NCBI GenBank assembly: GCA_036785375.1
Contig: JAWMAR010000023.1
Span: forward strand, 7,564,001-7,628,000
Source of the DNA: Leucoraja ocellata
Lineage: Eukaryota
Reading direction: 5' to 3'
Length of the DNA: 64,000 nt
Shown piece by piece: positions 12,963 through 24,815 of the stretch (its first letter is position 1; every line of letters starts with the position of its first letter). Both the position numbers and the translations under genes were made by a program. The notes beneath the pieces are model-generated. The model saw only the letters and a list, made by a program, of their open reading frames with translations. It had not been told where the DNA came from and made no database searches.

Positions 12963-13720
12963 GTAGAGGAAGTTTTATTTGTGGCTTATGCTTCTATTAT
13001 GTTACATCTTAAGAGCCATTTCAGAATAGGTGCTTAAACTATTTGCATATCGAAAATAAAGAGCGGAGTTGCCTTAATATTATATTTTGGTGCCATATTT
13101 CTGAGTGGCTTTGGAAAGCTGTAATGATGATCGTTGTATATTGCTGAAACAACCCTAATTGCTTCATTTCTGCAACACCATCTGGCAGGTTTATTTATTT
13201 AAATAATCCCTGATTATAGAAGCTGTATAATCAAGCAGAGTTCTTGTTCTTTTAATCTACGTCTTGTTTCATTAAATCCCACTGAATGCTCCAGCACTCA
13301 ATTAATGCCAAGATTCTGTCAGTTAATGCGAAATGTGTTAGAAAGGTATAGAATAACTCGTGACAACAAAACACCTATTTGGCATCGCCTTCTGACGGTG
13401 TCTCTGATAGTTTCCCAGGAGGGAAATCATTAGTTAAAAACGACATGTTGGAACCTCTCACACCACTAACTCTACAGTGCTCCATTGTTCCTTTCCAGTG
13501 AACTGCTTGTGATGTTCCCGATCTTGCAATTAACTGAAAATTAGTCTTGACGCCAATACCAGGTCTGTGCGGTTCCCAACAAATGCCAAAGCAGAATAAC
13601 AATTTTTAACGTGTTCCTATTTTTTCTTATATTTATAAGGAAACAGAAGATGGCCATGCCAGTTTCTAGGAAGCAATCCCAATACTTCCATTCCTAGTCT
13701 CTTTATTTCCTTGCATCTCT

Positions 13721-13886
13721 NNNNNNNNNNNNNNNNNNNNNNNNNNNNNNNNNNNNNNNNNNNNNNNNNNNNNNNNNNNNNNNNNNNNNNNNNNNNNNNN
13801 NNNNNNNNNNNNNNNNNNNNNNNNNNNNNNNNNNNNNNNNNNNNNNNNNNNNNNNNNNNNNNNNNNNNNNNNNNNNNNNNNNNNNN
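13721..13886. other. Assembly gap (166 N)
   Basis: Run of n. Exons 14 and 15 join in frame across it (PAR/GLD), so no constitutive exon needs to be hidden there. Confidence 0.98.
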
Positions 13887-14149
13887 ACCCACATTAATGA
13901 GTAACTTGTAGTGTTCATTTAACCTGTTTTTTTAGAAACACAAAACAAATTATGGATTTTACAACAGTAAAATTGTTGCAAAGGCAAAGTGAACGTGTTA
14001 GTGGTTATTAATGTGGGAATGAATGGGTTTATTTTCAATCCATTTTATTGATTTGAAGTTCATTGTTTCCAACGAATTATTGTGTTTTTTTTGGAGATTT
14101 TTCATCTGTGGACAATGACTGATTTGGCATTTACTCCCTCCCCTGTCAG

Positions 14150-14307
14150 GTCTGGACACAGAAGGAAAGACACAGAGTAAAACTGATTTGCGGCACCTTT
14201 ACCTCATGGAGAAGTATGTTTGGAAATGGAAACAGTTCCTGAGCAAACGTGGCAAGAGGAATTCCCCACTTGATCTCAAATTAGGACACAATAACTGGCT
14301 CAGACAG
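14150..14307 (+). CDS. UBR4: UBR4 exon 15 GLDTEGKTQSKTDLRHLYLMEKYVWKWKQFLSKRGK...NWLRQ (basic/aromatic, probable calmodulin-binding helix)
   Basis: tgtcag| acceptor, CAG|gtaatg donor; CaM assignment from recall of human UBR4. Confidence 0.92.
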
Positions 14308-14733
14308 GTAATGGGAAGAAGTGAATGTAGAAGTGAGAGTAATGTTGACATAGACGGCTCGGATTGTAACTGAAGATTTTAGAGATACATGTGGCAGGTG
14401 GGATCCAGTTAAACTGCTCCGGCTGTTTAATATGTTGTTGGTGTGGTTCAGGCTTGCTGGGACATGCCCAGCTTGCCAGACTTTACACACAGAGAGAAAG
14501 AAAAGCTAGCAGGCACAATGGTTCATATATAGACACAAATAAAGGACATGTTGTTTTCATGGTCTTTGGTGATATAATTATATTGGTGAATTATTAAGAT
14601 GGGCAGAGCAATGGCAACTGGAGTTTTACATATTTTACAGAATTAAATTCCAGTTGCCATTGCTCAGCATGGTCTTTGTGCTACATATGAATCACGCGTG
14701 TTATATAGTGACAATATTACCCGCCTGACTCCA

Positions 14734-15113
14734 AAACACAAAGTATTGGAGTAACTCAATGGGTCATGCAGCATCCTTGGTTCTTGGTTTCCTGGTCCTC
14801 CAAAAATATTCCAAATGGAATTTAAACTGGAGGTGGTGGAGGGTGGACTTAAGCAAAAAAGGGTTCTTGGGGAAAAAAGAGCTACCTTAAATTTAGTTGC
14901 GGCTGGTTGGGTAACTATGGTAGGGTGAAGACTATTCCATGCTTTAATTGTGCGGGGTAAGAATGAATTGCTGTACATGGAGAAAATGGAGAGGCGACAT
15001 TAAGACCCGAAACGTCATCTATCCATTTCCTCCACAGATGCTGCCTGTCCCACTAAGTTCCTCCGGCATTTTGTGTTTTGCTCAACCTTCCACCACCTCA
15101 GTTCCCTGGCTCT
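14734..15113 (+). mobile_element. Penelope-like fold-back element interrupted by a minus-strand LINE 3' end (about 14777-14978)
   Basis: Arms flank an insert encoding YSNSFLPRTIKAWNSL, a CR1/L2-group ORF2 C-terminal motif. Confidence 0.7.
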
Positions 15114-15147
15114 CCATTTTATAAAAGCTACTAATTTTACTTTTCAG

Positions 15148-15257
15148 GTATTATTCACTCCTGCAACACAAGCTGCAAGGCAGGCTGCGTGTACAATCGT
15201 GGAGGCACTGACCACCATCCCCAGCCGCAAACAGCAGGTCCTTGATCTACTCACCAG
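15148..15257 (+). CDS. UBR4: UBR4 exon 16 VLFTPATQAARQAAC...VLDLLTS
   Basis: tttcag| acceptor, AG|gtattt donor. Confidence 0.92.
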
Positions 15258-15402
15258 GTATTTTTCTCATCATTCGGAAACCAAGCAATAGTTTGAAAAG
15301 TCCTTTATACAACCATGGGACATAGATGGTGGTAGCTTATTTTTGTTTATCTGTAAGATATTGTTATTTCCTCTTCAGAATCGTGTTGCTTTGATCTTTG
15401 AT

Positions 15403-15708
15403 TTCAGTTTAGTTTAGAAATACAGCGCGGAAACTGGCCCTTCGGCCCACCTAGTCCGAACCGGCCAGTGATCCCCGCACACAAGCACTATTCTACACAC
15501 TAGGAATAATTTACAATTATACCAAGCCAATTAACCTACTAACCTGTACGTTTTTGGAGTGTGGGAAGAAACTGGAACACCTGCAGAAAACTCACGCAGG
15601 TCTCGGGGGGAAAACGTACAAACTCCATACCAACAAGCGCCCGTAGTCGGAATCGAACTGGGTCCTTGGCGCTGTAAGGCAGTAACTCTACCGCTGTGCC
15701 ACCCTGCC
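15403..15708 (-). mobile_element. HE1/V-SINE-like SINE
   Basis: Reverse complement of the 54058 family. Confidence 0.78.
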
Positions 15709-16554
15709 ACCCTCAGAACCTGTTCAAAATCTTTGTTCAAAAACATAGAACTTTCAAATCTGTCACAGCAACAAAACATGAAAGCAGAGAGAACTATGGG
15801 AGAATAGAAATAGACAGACGATATTGACAGGCTGGTGGAATGCTTCGACGTATGTCGGGTGGAATTTAAGTTGAATAAATGACAAGGGCCGCATTTCAGT
15901 CAGTCAAAATAAACTACAGGACTACATTTTGAAGAGTATGTATGCATGAATTGTTGAAGGTGATAGGGCAGTTTGAGATAGTGGTCAAAAAACATATGGG
16001 ATCTTGGGCTTCATCAATAAGGCTTCATGAACAAGAGTCATTCTGAGCCAATACAAAACTGTAGAGCAAATGTATGTGTCCAGTTCTGGGTTTCACACAT
16101 GGAAAGGACACAAGAGACGAGAACGAGTCCCGGATCAGGGATTTATGAAGGCAGAATGGAAAAATTAAGGTTATTCATGTACATATTCATGAAAAATTAA
16201 GGTAACAATTAAGGTTTGTACATCAAAGGACACAGAATGAAGCTAATTGGCAAATAATTTAAAGTGAATGAGGAAAAGCTGTTGTATTAAGTGCTGAAGA
16301 TCTGCTCTGTATTTAGATAGGTGGCGGGAAATACATTTCCATAGGAAACAGGATAAATATTTGGGGTGAAAGTGGGTCATACTGGTTTATTCTTCCACAG
16401 GGCCAACAAGGACTCAATGGGTCAAACCATCACCTTCCACCCTTATAACCTTTGTCATTCTGTGATTTGTTTTGTGTTTTAATCCATGATATAGAGGATG
16501 GATTGCTACTCAAAAAGTTTACAGGTGAAATCAATATTACATGGAGTATTGTGT

Positions 16555-17078
16555 GCCGTTTAGGTCCCCTAATTTGAGGAAGGACATTCTTGCTATTGAT
16601 GGAGTGCAGCGTAGGTTTACAAGGTTAATTCCCGGGATGGCGGGACTGTCATGGCTTGTATACTGGAATTTAGAAGGATGAGATTTTATTTAGAAGGATG
16701 GATCTTATTGAAACATTTAAGATTATTAAGGGTTTGGGCACGATAGAGGTAGGAAACATGTTCCCGATGTTGGGAGGAGTCCAGAACCAGGGGCCACAGT
16801 TTAAGAATAAGGGGTAAGCCATTTAGAACGGAGATGAGGAAACAGTTTTTCACACAGAGTTGTGAGTCTGTGTAATTTTCTGCCTCAGAGGATGGTGGAG
16901 GCCGGTTCTCTAGATACTTTAAAGAGAGAGCTAGATAGGGCTCTTAAAGATAGCGGAGTCAGGGGATATGGGGAGAAGGTAGGAACGGGGTACTGATTGT
17001 GGATAATCAGCCATGATCACATTGAATGGCGGTGCTGGCTCGAATGGCCGAATGGCCTACTCCTGCACCTATTGTCTA
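16555..17078 (+). mobile_element. CR1/HER1 LINE 3' fragment
   Basis: RT C-terminal remnant plus 3' UTR gatcagccatgatcacattgaatggcggtgctggctcgaa...cctactcctgcacctattgtcta. Confidence 0.8.
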
Positions 17079-17122
17079 AAATGCTGTTGGCTGATTTTTA
17101 AATTGTGTTTTTGTTTTACCAG

Positions 17123-17264
17123 TTATTTGGATGAACTGAGCATTGCTGGAGAATGTGCTGCGGAGTATCTCGCGCTCTATCAGAAGCTTATTAAACCCGC
17201 TCATTGGAAGATATATCTGGCAGCTCGGGGAGTGCTACCGTACATTGGAAACTTGATCACGAAG
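17123..17264 (+). CDS. UBR4: UBR4 exon 17 YLDELSIAGECAAEY...IGNLITK
   Basis: taccag| acceptor, AAG|gtctgt donor. Confidence 0.92.
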
Positions 17265-17969
17265 GTCTGTGAACAAAGAATTAAAACATTTTCCAAACTA
17301 AAATCAGTCACAAAAACATCTCAGTTGCAGAATTACTTTTCAAAAATATTTAAGCATGCGTCATGTTGCTACCCATCCGTGAAGGTTTACATGACCGCGC
17401 CCTTCCCTGCCCACCCTTGAGGCTGTTTAAGCTTGAAAGCAAAAGAAAACCTTACCGCAGTTTCATTTCCACTGCCTCCTCCCTCTGCTGAGTCGTTAGT
17501 ATCAGTTATTCTTCCGTGACGGTATTTTCTACCAAACTAATTACTCAGTCCCTGGAAGTCGGCTTTGTTGTTTGGGTTTTGGCAAGAGATCTGGGGCAGG
17601 TTAAGCAAGAGTTGTGTCCTACCAGCCTTGATCTAGATCAGCTGTAACAGGCGATGCAACATAGCAGATACATGTTAGAGAGGTCAGAGTGATGGTTCAT
17701 CTTCAGGGACAAGATTAATTAAATCAATCTTACACTATTTTAGGAATGCCTTTTTAGCAATGCTTGGTAAGGGACCCAGGACCTTGGTAACAGGAAGGAT
17801 GTGGTGGATTTGGAGATGGTGCAGGCTGCTGTCTGGATTAGGGAGTTTTATCTGCAAGGAGAGGTTGGACAAACCTGGACTGTTTGCTCTGGAACGTCAG
17901 AGTTTGAGGGGAGACCTCATAGAAGTATATGCAATAATGAGAGGCATAGATAGGGTAGACAGTCAGAAT

Positions 17970-18200
17970 GGAAACACAAGGAACTGCAGGGGCTGGAATC
18001 TTGAGTAAAACACAGAATACTGGAGTGTAAGATAAGACTTTTCTGGAGTCGGAACCACAGAGTTTGCCCCATTGCTCAGAAACTGTCCTGTGCATTGTTC
18101 AACACGTTCACAGAATCTGATGAAGGATCCCAACCCAAAACATAGCCTATCCGTGTTCACCAGAGATGCTGCCTGACCACTGAATTACTCCAGCACTATG
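17970..18200 (-). mobile_element. Degraded Penelope-like fold-back element
   Basis: Tail gaaacacaaggaactgcag...; degenerate core ctgatgaaggatcccaacccaaaacat. Confidence 0.6.
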
Positions 18201-18568
18201 CAAACTCATACATTCCATCCCTTCTCCATTTTCAAGGCTACAGTTGCCAACATTTCTGTGATCAATGGATTAGAAAACAGTTACAGTTACACAGTTACAG
18301 TCCCTTGACTCACACTAGAATTTACATATATTATGTGTAAAATGAAGGCAGAGATGGGCTCAGCTGTGATGTCACCCACAGTGATGTAATCTTCCTGTCA
18401 AGCCTTCTTTGTGAGAAATGGCCATTTGAATGAGGTTCCAGATGTGTTCTTTGTCTCCAGGCAGCTTAAGAATCAATGCTTTCAAAGCAACATGGTATTA
18501 GCCGAACCACCTTGTTTTGTTGTGTCTAAATTCCAGTATAGTAACATCACCGTCACTTTGTGTCCTAG

Positions 18569-18650
18569 GAAATTGCTCATTTACTAGCACTGGAGGAGGC
18601 AACACTCAGCACTGACCTGCAACAAGGATATGCATTAAAAAGCCTTACAG
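18569..18650 (+). CDS. UBR4: UBR4 exon 18 EIAHLLALEEATLSTDLQQGYALKSLT
   Basis: cctag| acceptor, G|gtgaga donor. Confidence 0.92.
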
Positions 18651-18750
18651 GTGAGATATACGTTGTGTTCAGATGCAAAGACATACACTGTAGTAGCCCG
18701 TGTAATCTGTCACGACATACACCATGCACCAGAATGTTGTTTATAATGGG

Positions 18751-19053
18751 ATTTAGTTTATAATTCAGTTAAATTTAGAGACACAGCGCAGAAACAGGCA
18801 CTTCGGTCCAAAGGGTCCCCGCGACCAGCGACCCCCATGCACCAGCGCAATCCTACACACTAGAGACAATTTACAATTTTTTACCAAAGCCAATTAAACT
18901 ACTAACCTGTACATCTTTGGAGTGTGGGAGGAAACCAGTGCACCCGGAGAAAACCCACGCAGTCACAGGGAGAACATACAAACTCCATACAGACAGCACC
19001 TGTAGTCAGGCTAAAGTTCGGGTCTCTGGCGCTGTGAGGCAGCAACTCTACTG
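18751..19053 (-). mobile_element. HE1/V-SINE-like SINE
   Basis: Same family. Confidence 0.75.
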
Positions 19054-19084
19054 CTTGATTATATATTTTGCTGCCCTTTTACAG

Positions 19085-19258
19085 CACTGCTTTCATCCTT
19101 TGTGGAGGTGGAATCAATAAAACGCCACTTCAAGAGTCGCTTGGTGGGCACGGTGCTCAATGGTTACTTGTGTCTGCGGAAACTTGTGGTTCAGCGAACC
19201 AAGCTTATTGATGAGACGCAGGATATGTTGCTGGAGATGTTGGAGGACATGACAACAG
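19085..19258 (+). CDS. UBR4: UBR4 exon 19 ALLSSFVEVESIKRHFKSRL...LEDMTT
   Basis: ttacag| acceptor, G|gtaata donor. Confidence 0.93.
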
Positions 19259-19292
19259 GTAATAGCACAGAGAAATGGAACTTCTTCAAGCT

Positions 19293-19610
19293 AATAATAA
19301 TAATAATAATAATCTTTATTTATATAGCACTTTCCAACAAAACCAGTATTTGAACCAAAGTGCGTTACAGAGATTGATTAAATTAATTGAACAGATCAAA
19401 TGTCAATAAATCCATACAAAACAAAAAAGAGAAAAAAGAAAAAAGACACAGAACAGTACACTATAGAAATCAACATGAAACGTCCCCCCACAGCAGAATT
19501 CACTGTGAGGGAAGGCACTAAAAATATCCAGTTCTCCCCCTCATAGTCCACCCGAAGTCGGGGTCTATATGTGGCCTCCTCAGCCAACTCGATGTTCTCA
19601 GGCCCTCTGC
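19293..19610 (-). mobile_element. Non-autonomous element with L2-type 3' tail and (TTA)n end
   Basis: Collinear with 34052-34400; tail homologous to the L2 end at 36970-37025. Confidence 0.6.
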
Positions 19611-19769
19611 TGTACTTTAAAGATGAAGACGTGTACATTTATGACATTTTCCACCCTTTCACTGTTTAGCAACATGATCTAACTAAATTGACTTTGATCT
19701 CTGCAAGCTTGTTTGAATGTCTGCCTTGATGAAGTAATTTATAATAGATGGTGTGTGTCATCTATGGGG

Positions 19770-20070
19770 CAAAAGCTTTCACTTTTGCCTCTGAGTCAGA
19801 GGCTTGTGAGTTCAAGTCCCACTGCAGAGTTTATAGGATGACACTGCCAGTGCTGTGTCATCAGGTCCTGCCTTCTCAATGAGATATGAAACAAAAGGTC
19901 CCATCTGCCCTGATGGGTCCAACACAAAGAAGAGTAGAGACATTCTCCCAGTGGCTCAGCAGGTGACCAATGTTCTAAATAAGTGTCATTGTCACATTGT
20001 TGTCTATGGAATGGAATGCACTCGTATTACACCACAATAGTGGCCACATTTCAAAATTGAATAAAGCACA
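19770..20070 (+). mobile_element. Old DeuSINE/SacSINE1-like SINE (second copy about 42460-42820)
   Basis: gcctctgagtcaga...gagttcaagtcccact head; atgagat...aaggtcccatctgccc Deu-like domain; family name from recall. Confidence 0.5.
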
Positions 20071-20580
20071 AGGGAGACGTCACCTCTCGAATCTATAACT
20101 TAACAGGGAGTCAATTGGCCTCTCAGTTCCTTTGTCAACGCTCTAAAAGAGCTCCAGTCTTTGAAATATTTTGTAATTGTGAAGCCTTGTTTCTTATCTC
20201 TTTATGTACCGCAAGCCCGTTTTTTGTGTCGGCTTAGACTCAAAGCCTCTCATTTCTGGTATAATTTAATTGAAATGCTTCATCTTTCCTGAAATAGTCC
20301 ACACAAAACTGGGAACAATATTCATTTAACCATTTTTTAATAGATTTAGAAATAAATTACTTTTGTCTTTTGTATGTTGTCTTTCTCTATTATGTGTACT
20401 CTATCAGTTTTAGCGATTTGTACTTGGACAGTAAAGCTGTATCTGAATCCATGAGTCTATTTTTATAAACTTGCCTTTATCTCTTCCATGTTCAAACACT
20501 ATTTGACAAATATAATTTGCTGTCGTTCAAACCAACCTACCTAACCCAGTGCACTTGAAATTCTATCTTCAATTTGTCAT

Positions 20581-21005
20581 GTGATAGGAGCAGAATTAGG
20601 CCATTCGCCCCATCAAGTCTACTCTGCCGTTCAATCATGGCTGATCTATCTCTCCCTCCAAACCCCATTCTCCTTCATTCTCCCCATAACTCCTGACACC
20701 CGTACTAATCAACAATCTATCTATTTCAGCCTTAAAAATATAAATGATGGCCTCCACAGCCTTCGGTGGCAAAGAATTCCACAGATTCACCAACCTCTGA
20801 CTGAAGAAATTCTTCCACAAAGGAATGTCATTTAATTCTGAGGCTATGACCTCTAGTCCTAGACTCTCCCACTTGTGGAAACATCCTCTCCACATCCACT
20901 CTATCCAAGCCTTTCATTATTCTGTACGTTTCGATGAGGTCCCTCCTCATTCTTTTAAACCCCAGCGCGTACAGGCCCAGTGCTGCCAAGTGCTCATCAC
21001 ATGTT
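20581..21005 (-). mobile_element. CR1/HER1 LINE 3' fragment
   Basis: LGLYALGFKRMRRDLIETYRIMKGLDRVD...TRGHSLRIK; FFSQRLVNLWNSLP. Confidence 0.82.
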
Positions 21006-22167
21006 AGGACCATAGATACCACACCCTAGTATATGGTCAAACCATAAGCCCAGTGTATCTGCCAATTTGTCTCTTGTACTTCTGCAGCTGGCTTTGCGTT
21101 AAATTCCACATCCATCTTTCAGTGCTTAACCATTTCAGTGTCAAACTGAATTTGAAATACTTCCATTGATGACTTATTCAGAGACTATTGTCTACTACAC
21201 TATTGTTCATTAATCCTGTCAAATTCCAAAGTGATAATTTAAAAAACTACTCCCTTATTATTTGTTTGGCAAATCATTCCAGAAAGCCGACTAAAGTGCC
21301 TTCCCGGAAATCATCCTCCAAATTATTTTTGTCAACTTGGTTTGCTCGAACAATATGAATGTGGATATCCATGTACGATTTTAAAATCATCTTTTACACT
21401 CAGTCGAGTATTATGATTACTTATCCCAGGCCAGTGTTTAAAAAGGAACAGGGCTGAGGTGCTTTTCTTATCCTGTCATTGTATCACTTTTAAAAAAAAT
21501 AAAGCTCGCCAACCAAACTGCTCACGGTGTCCCATGAATTTAAGCCTTTCCCTTCCTTAGTCCATTTCCAGGCATGTTTTAATTCTTTTATCCAGTCATT
21601 TTAGATGATCACACTGTACTCAGAAAATTAGAAACTCTCAGGGTTACTACATTATGTTTCTGAGCTCTAACATCTCAAGACTTTTTATTACTGGTATATT
21701 GGGTCCCTTACTTTGACAGCTATTTAACCTATTTCCCGGGGCTAAAACACCAGCAATGAAAAATTCTGCTTCACTGCCTTAATACATTTGACAGCAGCCC
21801 AGAGTCTGATCAGAAATTGCCTCTTTTGCCAGCTACTGCAACAAGTTGGCACGTGGTGATTTTTCCAAGGTTTGATTTGCTGTCAAACTAATCCAGTGCT
21901 AATTTCCAGAAATCTCACTTCATAGCTTCAGAAAACAGATCACCCACATAATGAATAGAGTCCACCAGCAACTGAACCAAGATCAAAACTGTGTTTCCAC
22001 AAGACACTGGAATTACTCTCTTCAATGTTGTGTTATTTATAGATTCTGCTCATACAAATGTGATCTGACAGGTTGTTGGTACAATTTTATTTCTGACCTT
22101 CCTTTCTCTTCTGTTGAATGGCTCCCATTGCATTAACACTGATGTGGACTAAATGTTGAAACATTTT

Positions 22168-22477
22168 TTGGAGATACAGCGTGGAAACGGGTACTTTGGC
22201 CCACCAAGTTCACGCCGACCATCGATCACAGTAGCTCTATGTTATCCCACTTACTTACCCACTCCCTACACATTAGAGGCAAGTGACAGAGGCCAATTAA
22301 CCTGAAAACCTGCATGTCGTCTGGATGTGGGGCAAAACTGGAGCACCTGGAGGAAACCCACACAGTCACAGGGAGAACGTACAAATTGCATACAGGTAGC
22401 ACCCGAGGACAGGATCGAACCCGGGTCTCCAGTGCTGTGAGGCAGCAGCTCTACCGACGCCACCTCTGTGCGGCCCT
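22168..22477 (-). mobile_element. HE1/V-SINE-like SINE
   Basis: Same family. Confidence 0.75.
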
Positions 22478-22620
22478 GTTGTTTATGTAGCCAGCATTTC
22501 AAGTTGGGTCGGTTTAGCTTCAAGCTTTTATTGAAGGTTTGGGCATGGTAACTTTTCTGGGGAGTGACGATGATGTCTGCCCATCGTGCTTATCAAATTC
22601 TATTGCTCACATTTCTGTAG

Positions 22621-22742
22621 GCACAGAATCAGAAACGAAGGCATTCATGGCCGTCTGCATTGAAACAGCTAAGCGATACAGTCTTGATGATTACCGAACA
22701 CCAGTCTTCATCTTTGAACGGTTATGCAGCATTATCTACCCT
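22621..22742 (+). CDS. UBR4: UBR4 exon 20 GTESETKAFMAVC...ERLCSIIYP
   Basis: ctgtag| acceptor, CCT|gtaagt donor. Confidence 0.93.
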
Positions 22743-23802
22743 GTAAGTACAAAGGAAGAGGGAAAATACATTGACGATTCTACACAATTTCTGTACAATT
22801 GAGATACATTGGAGCAAAGCCATGACTAATCGGGATCACACCAACTATCTTTATATTTTTTCTCAGGATCAATGTGGTGTTGTGAAGGTCGTGTTTGTCC
22901 ACGTGTTCACACCGTTTAGCCTATTGTAACTTCTATTAATAGCTCCATTCTTTCAATAATTCATTATTTTCATTTTCCAAGTTTTTATTACATTTCCATT
23001 TGTATATTTTTGTGTAATAGTCATACAACACGAAGCTGGCCTTTCAGTCCAACTTGTCCATGCTGACCAAGATGCATCACCTAGCTAGTCCCTTTTGCCC
23101 ACATTTGGGCCCATATTCCTCTAAATCTTTCCTATTCATGTAACAATCCAGGTGTCTTGATGCTGTTATAATATCTGCTCATCTACCTGCTCTGGCAGCT
23201 TGTTCCACATACTTACCAATCTCTGAGTGAAAAATTTGCCCCTCTCTCAAAACCTATGGTTCTTCATTCCCCTCCCCTTGGGAAGAGACTCCCTGTATTC
23301 GCCCTATCTATTTCCCTCATGATTTAATCCACCTCTATAAGATCACTCTTTAGCTACTATTAAGCTACATCATAACTTAGCCAAAGTTCTATAAAAATGC
23401 ATCAGACTCCATATGTATGGACTCCATATATATGGAAACAATGTGAAAATGGAGATACCAGAAAGCTCTCATGTGGAATCAGAAGTTGAACTTGTAGTCA
23501 AATCAGGCCCTAAGAGATTGATTGTAAGCAATCTGATTCATCTTTTGATTTTGATTTGGGAGAGGATGGATGTTGAGTATGGTGTTTATAATGAGGGGAA
23601 TTAGGTTGGCTGAATGGAAGGAACTTCAGCTTCACAGGGAAGGGGGCAAGTGTTCAGTGGTGGAACAGGTATTTTGATATCACTGCAGGCGGGCACAGAA
23701 TTTATTTTTCCTGAAGGGATAGTTCTTTGACTGGCATTGTTCGATGTAGTTAAATCAAAAATAAGCATGAACATTTTCTGAATAGCTCTGCTTTTTTGAC
23801 AG

Positions 23803-24000
23803 GAGGAAAACGAAGTGACAGAATTCTTTGTGACCTTGGAAAAGGATCCGCAGCAAGAAGATTTCCTGCAGGGCAGGATGCCAGGAAATCCCTACAGCAG
23901 CAATGAGCCTGGTATCGGACCTCTCATGAGAGATATTAAGAACAAGATTTGTCAGGATTGCGACCTTGTGGCTCTACTGGAAGATGACAGTGGGATGGAG
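23803..24000 (+). CDS. UBR4: UBR4 exon 21 [31 protein letters not shown]...DDSGME (ubiquitin-like domain region)
   Basis: tgacag| acceptor (CAGGAG tandem), GAG|gtatga donor. Confidence 0.94.
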
Positions 24001-24734
24001 GTATGAACCAATACAGACACAAACTGGTGTCCCACCTCCAACAAATTCCTTGTTATTAACTCTCAGAACACTCGCGTGGTGCATGCAAGAACGCAACTCC
24101 AGTAGTACTAAAACATGTGCTCCGGATGTGAGCAATGGTGAATATAGTATCCATACCATGCGACAATGCCATTGAGCTCCTTTGAACTGCACCAGTCCCT
24201 GCAGTAAAATGCTCCCATGTTGATAACAAAGAATTTCAGGACGCAATAGAGAATGGGGAGGTATGACAGTTCAGAATAGGATGTAATATGAAGGTTATGG
24301 TGTTCCCTTTCTGTTGATCGTGTCTTTAGTGGTGGAAGGAGCTTGTTGCAGTGGGCAAACATTTCTACAGTTCCATTAATTTAATTGACATGCATTTTGT
24401 TGTTGGTGCTAACCATTTTCTTTTTCCTCTTCCCCAATCTTTCTTTGAACTTTTAATTTTGTTTTCTCCAAATTATCGTTCTTCCCAATACTAAAGCAGA
24501 TAGCCCAACTGGGATTCCAGCCAGTTCTTTGAAATACCAGTGGCATCTTATTTTTCAGCTGCTTTTAAGACGCAGTGCATTTCCAAATTAATTTAACCCC
24601 ACTTTTGACAAATTAATGTCTGAATCAGTTTGTGCCTCTTTAGAGAGTTTGATTTATGTCTTTGGTTCTACTGGAGGTTTATAACACGTATTGCGTTAAG
24701 TAAATGAAATATTTTAATAACTTTTTTTTTCCAG

Positions 24735-24815
24735 CTCCTGGTCAATAACAAAATCATCAGCTTGGATCTGCCTGTGGCTGAGGTATATAAGAAAGTCTGG
24801 TGTCCTGCTAATGAG
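24735..24815 (+). CDS. UBR4: UBR4 exon 22 LLVNNKIISLDLPVAEVYKKVWCPANE
   Basis: ttccag| acceptor, GAG|gtgagt donor. Confidence 0.93.

Noticed and set aside
13721-13886. Missing constitutive UBR4 exon in the gap
   Set aside because: Exons 14 and 15 join in frame and match the expected contiguous peptide.
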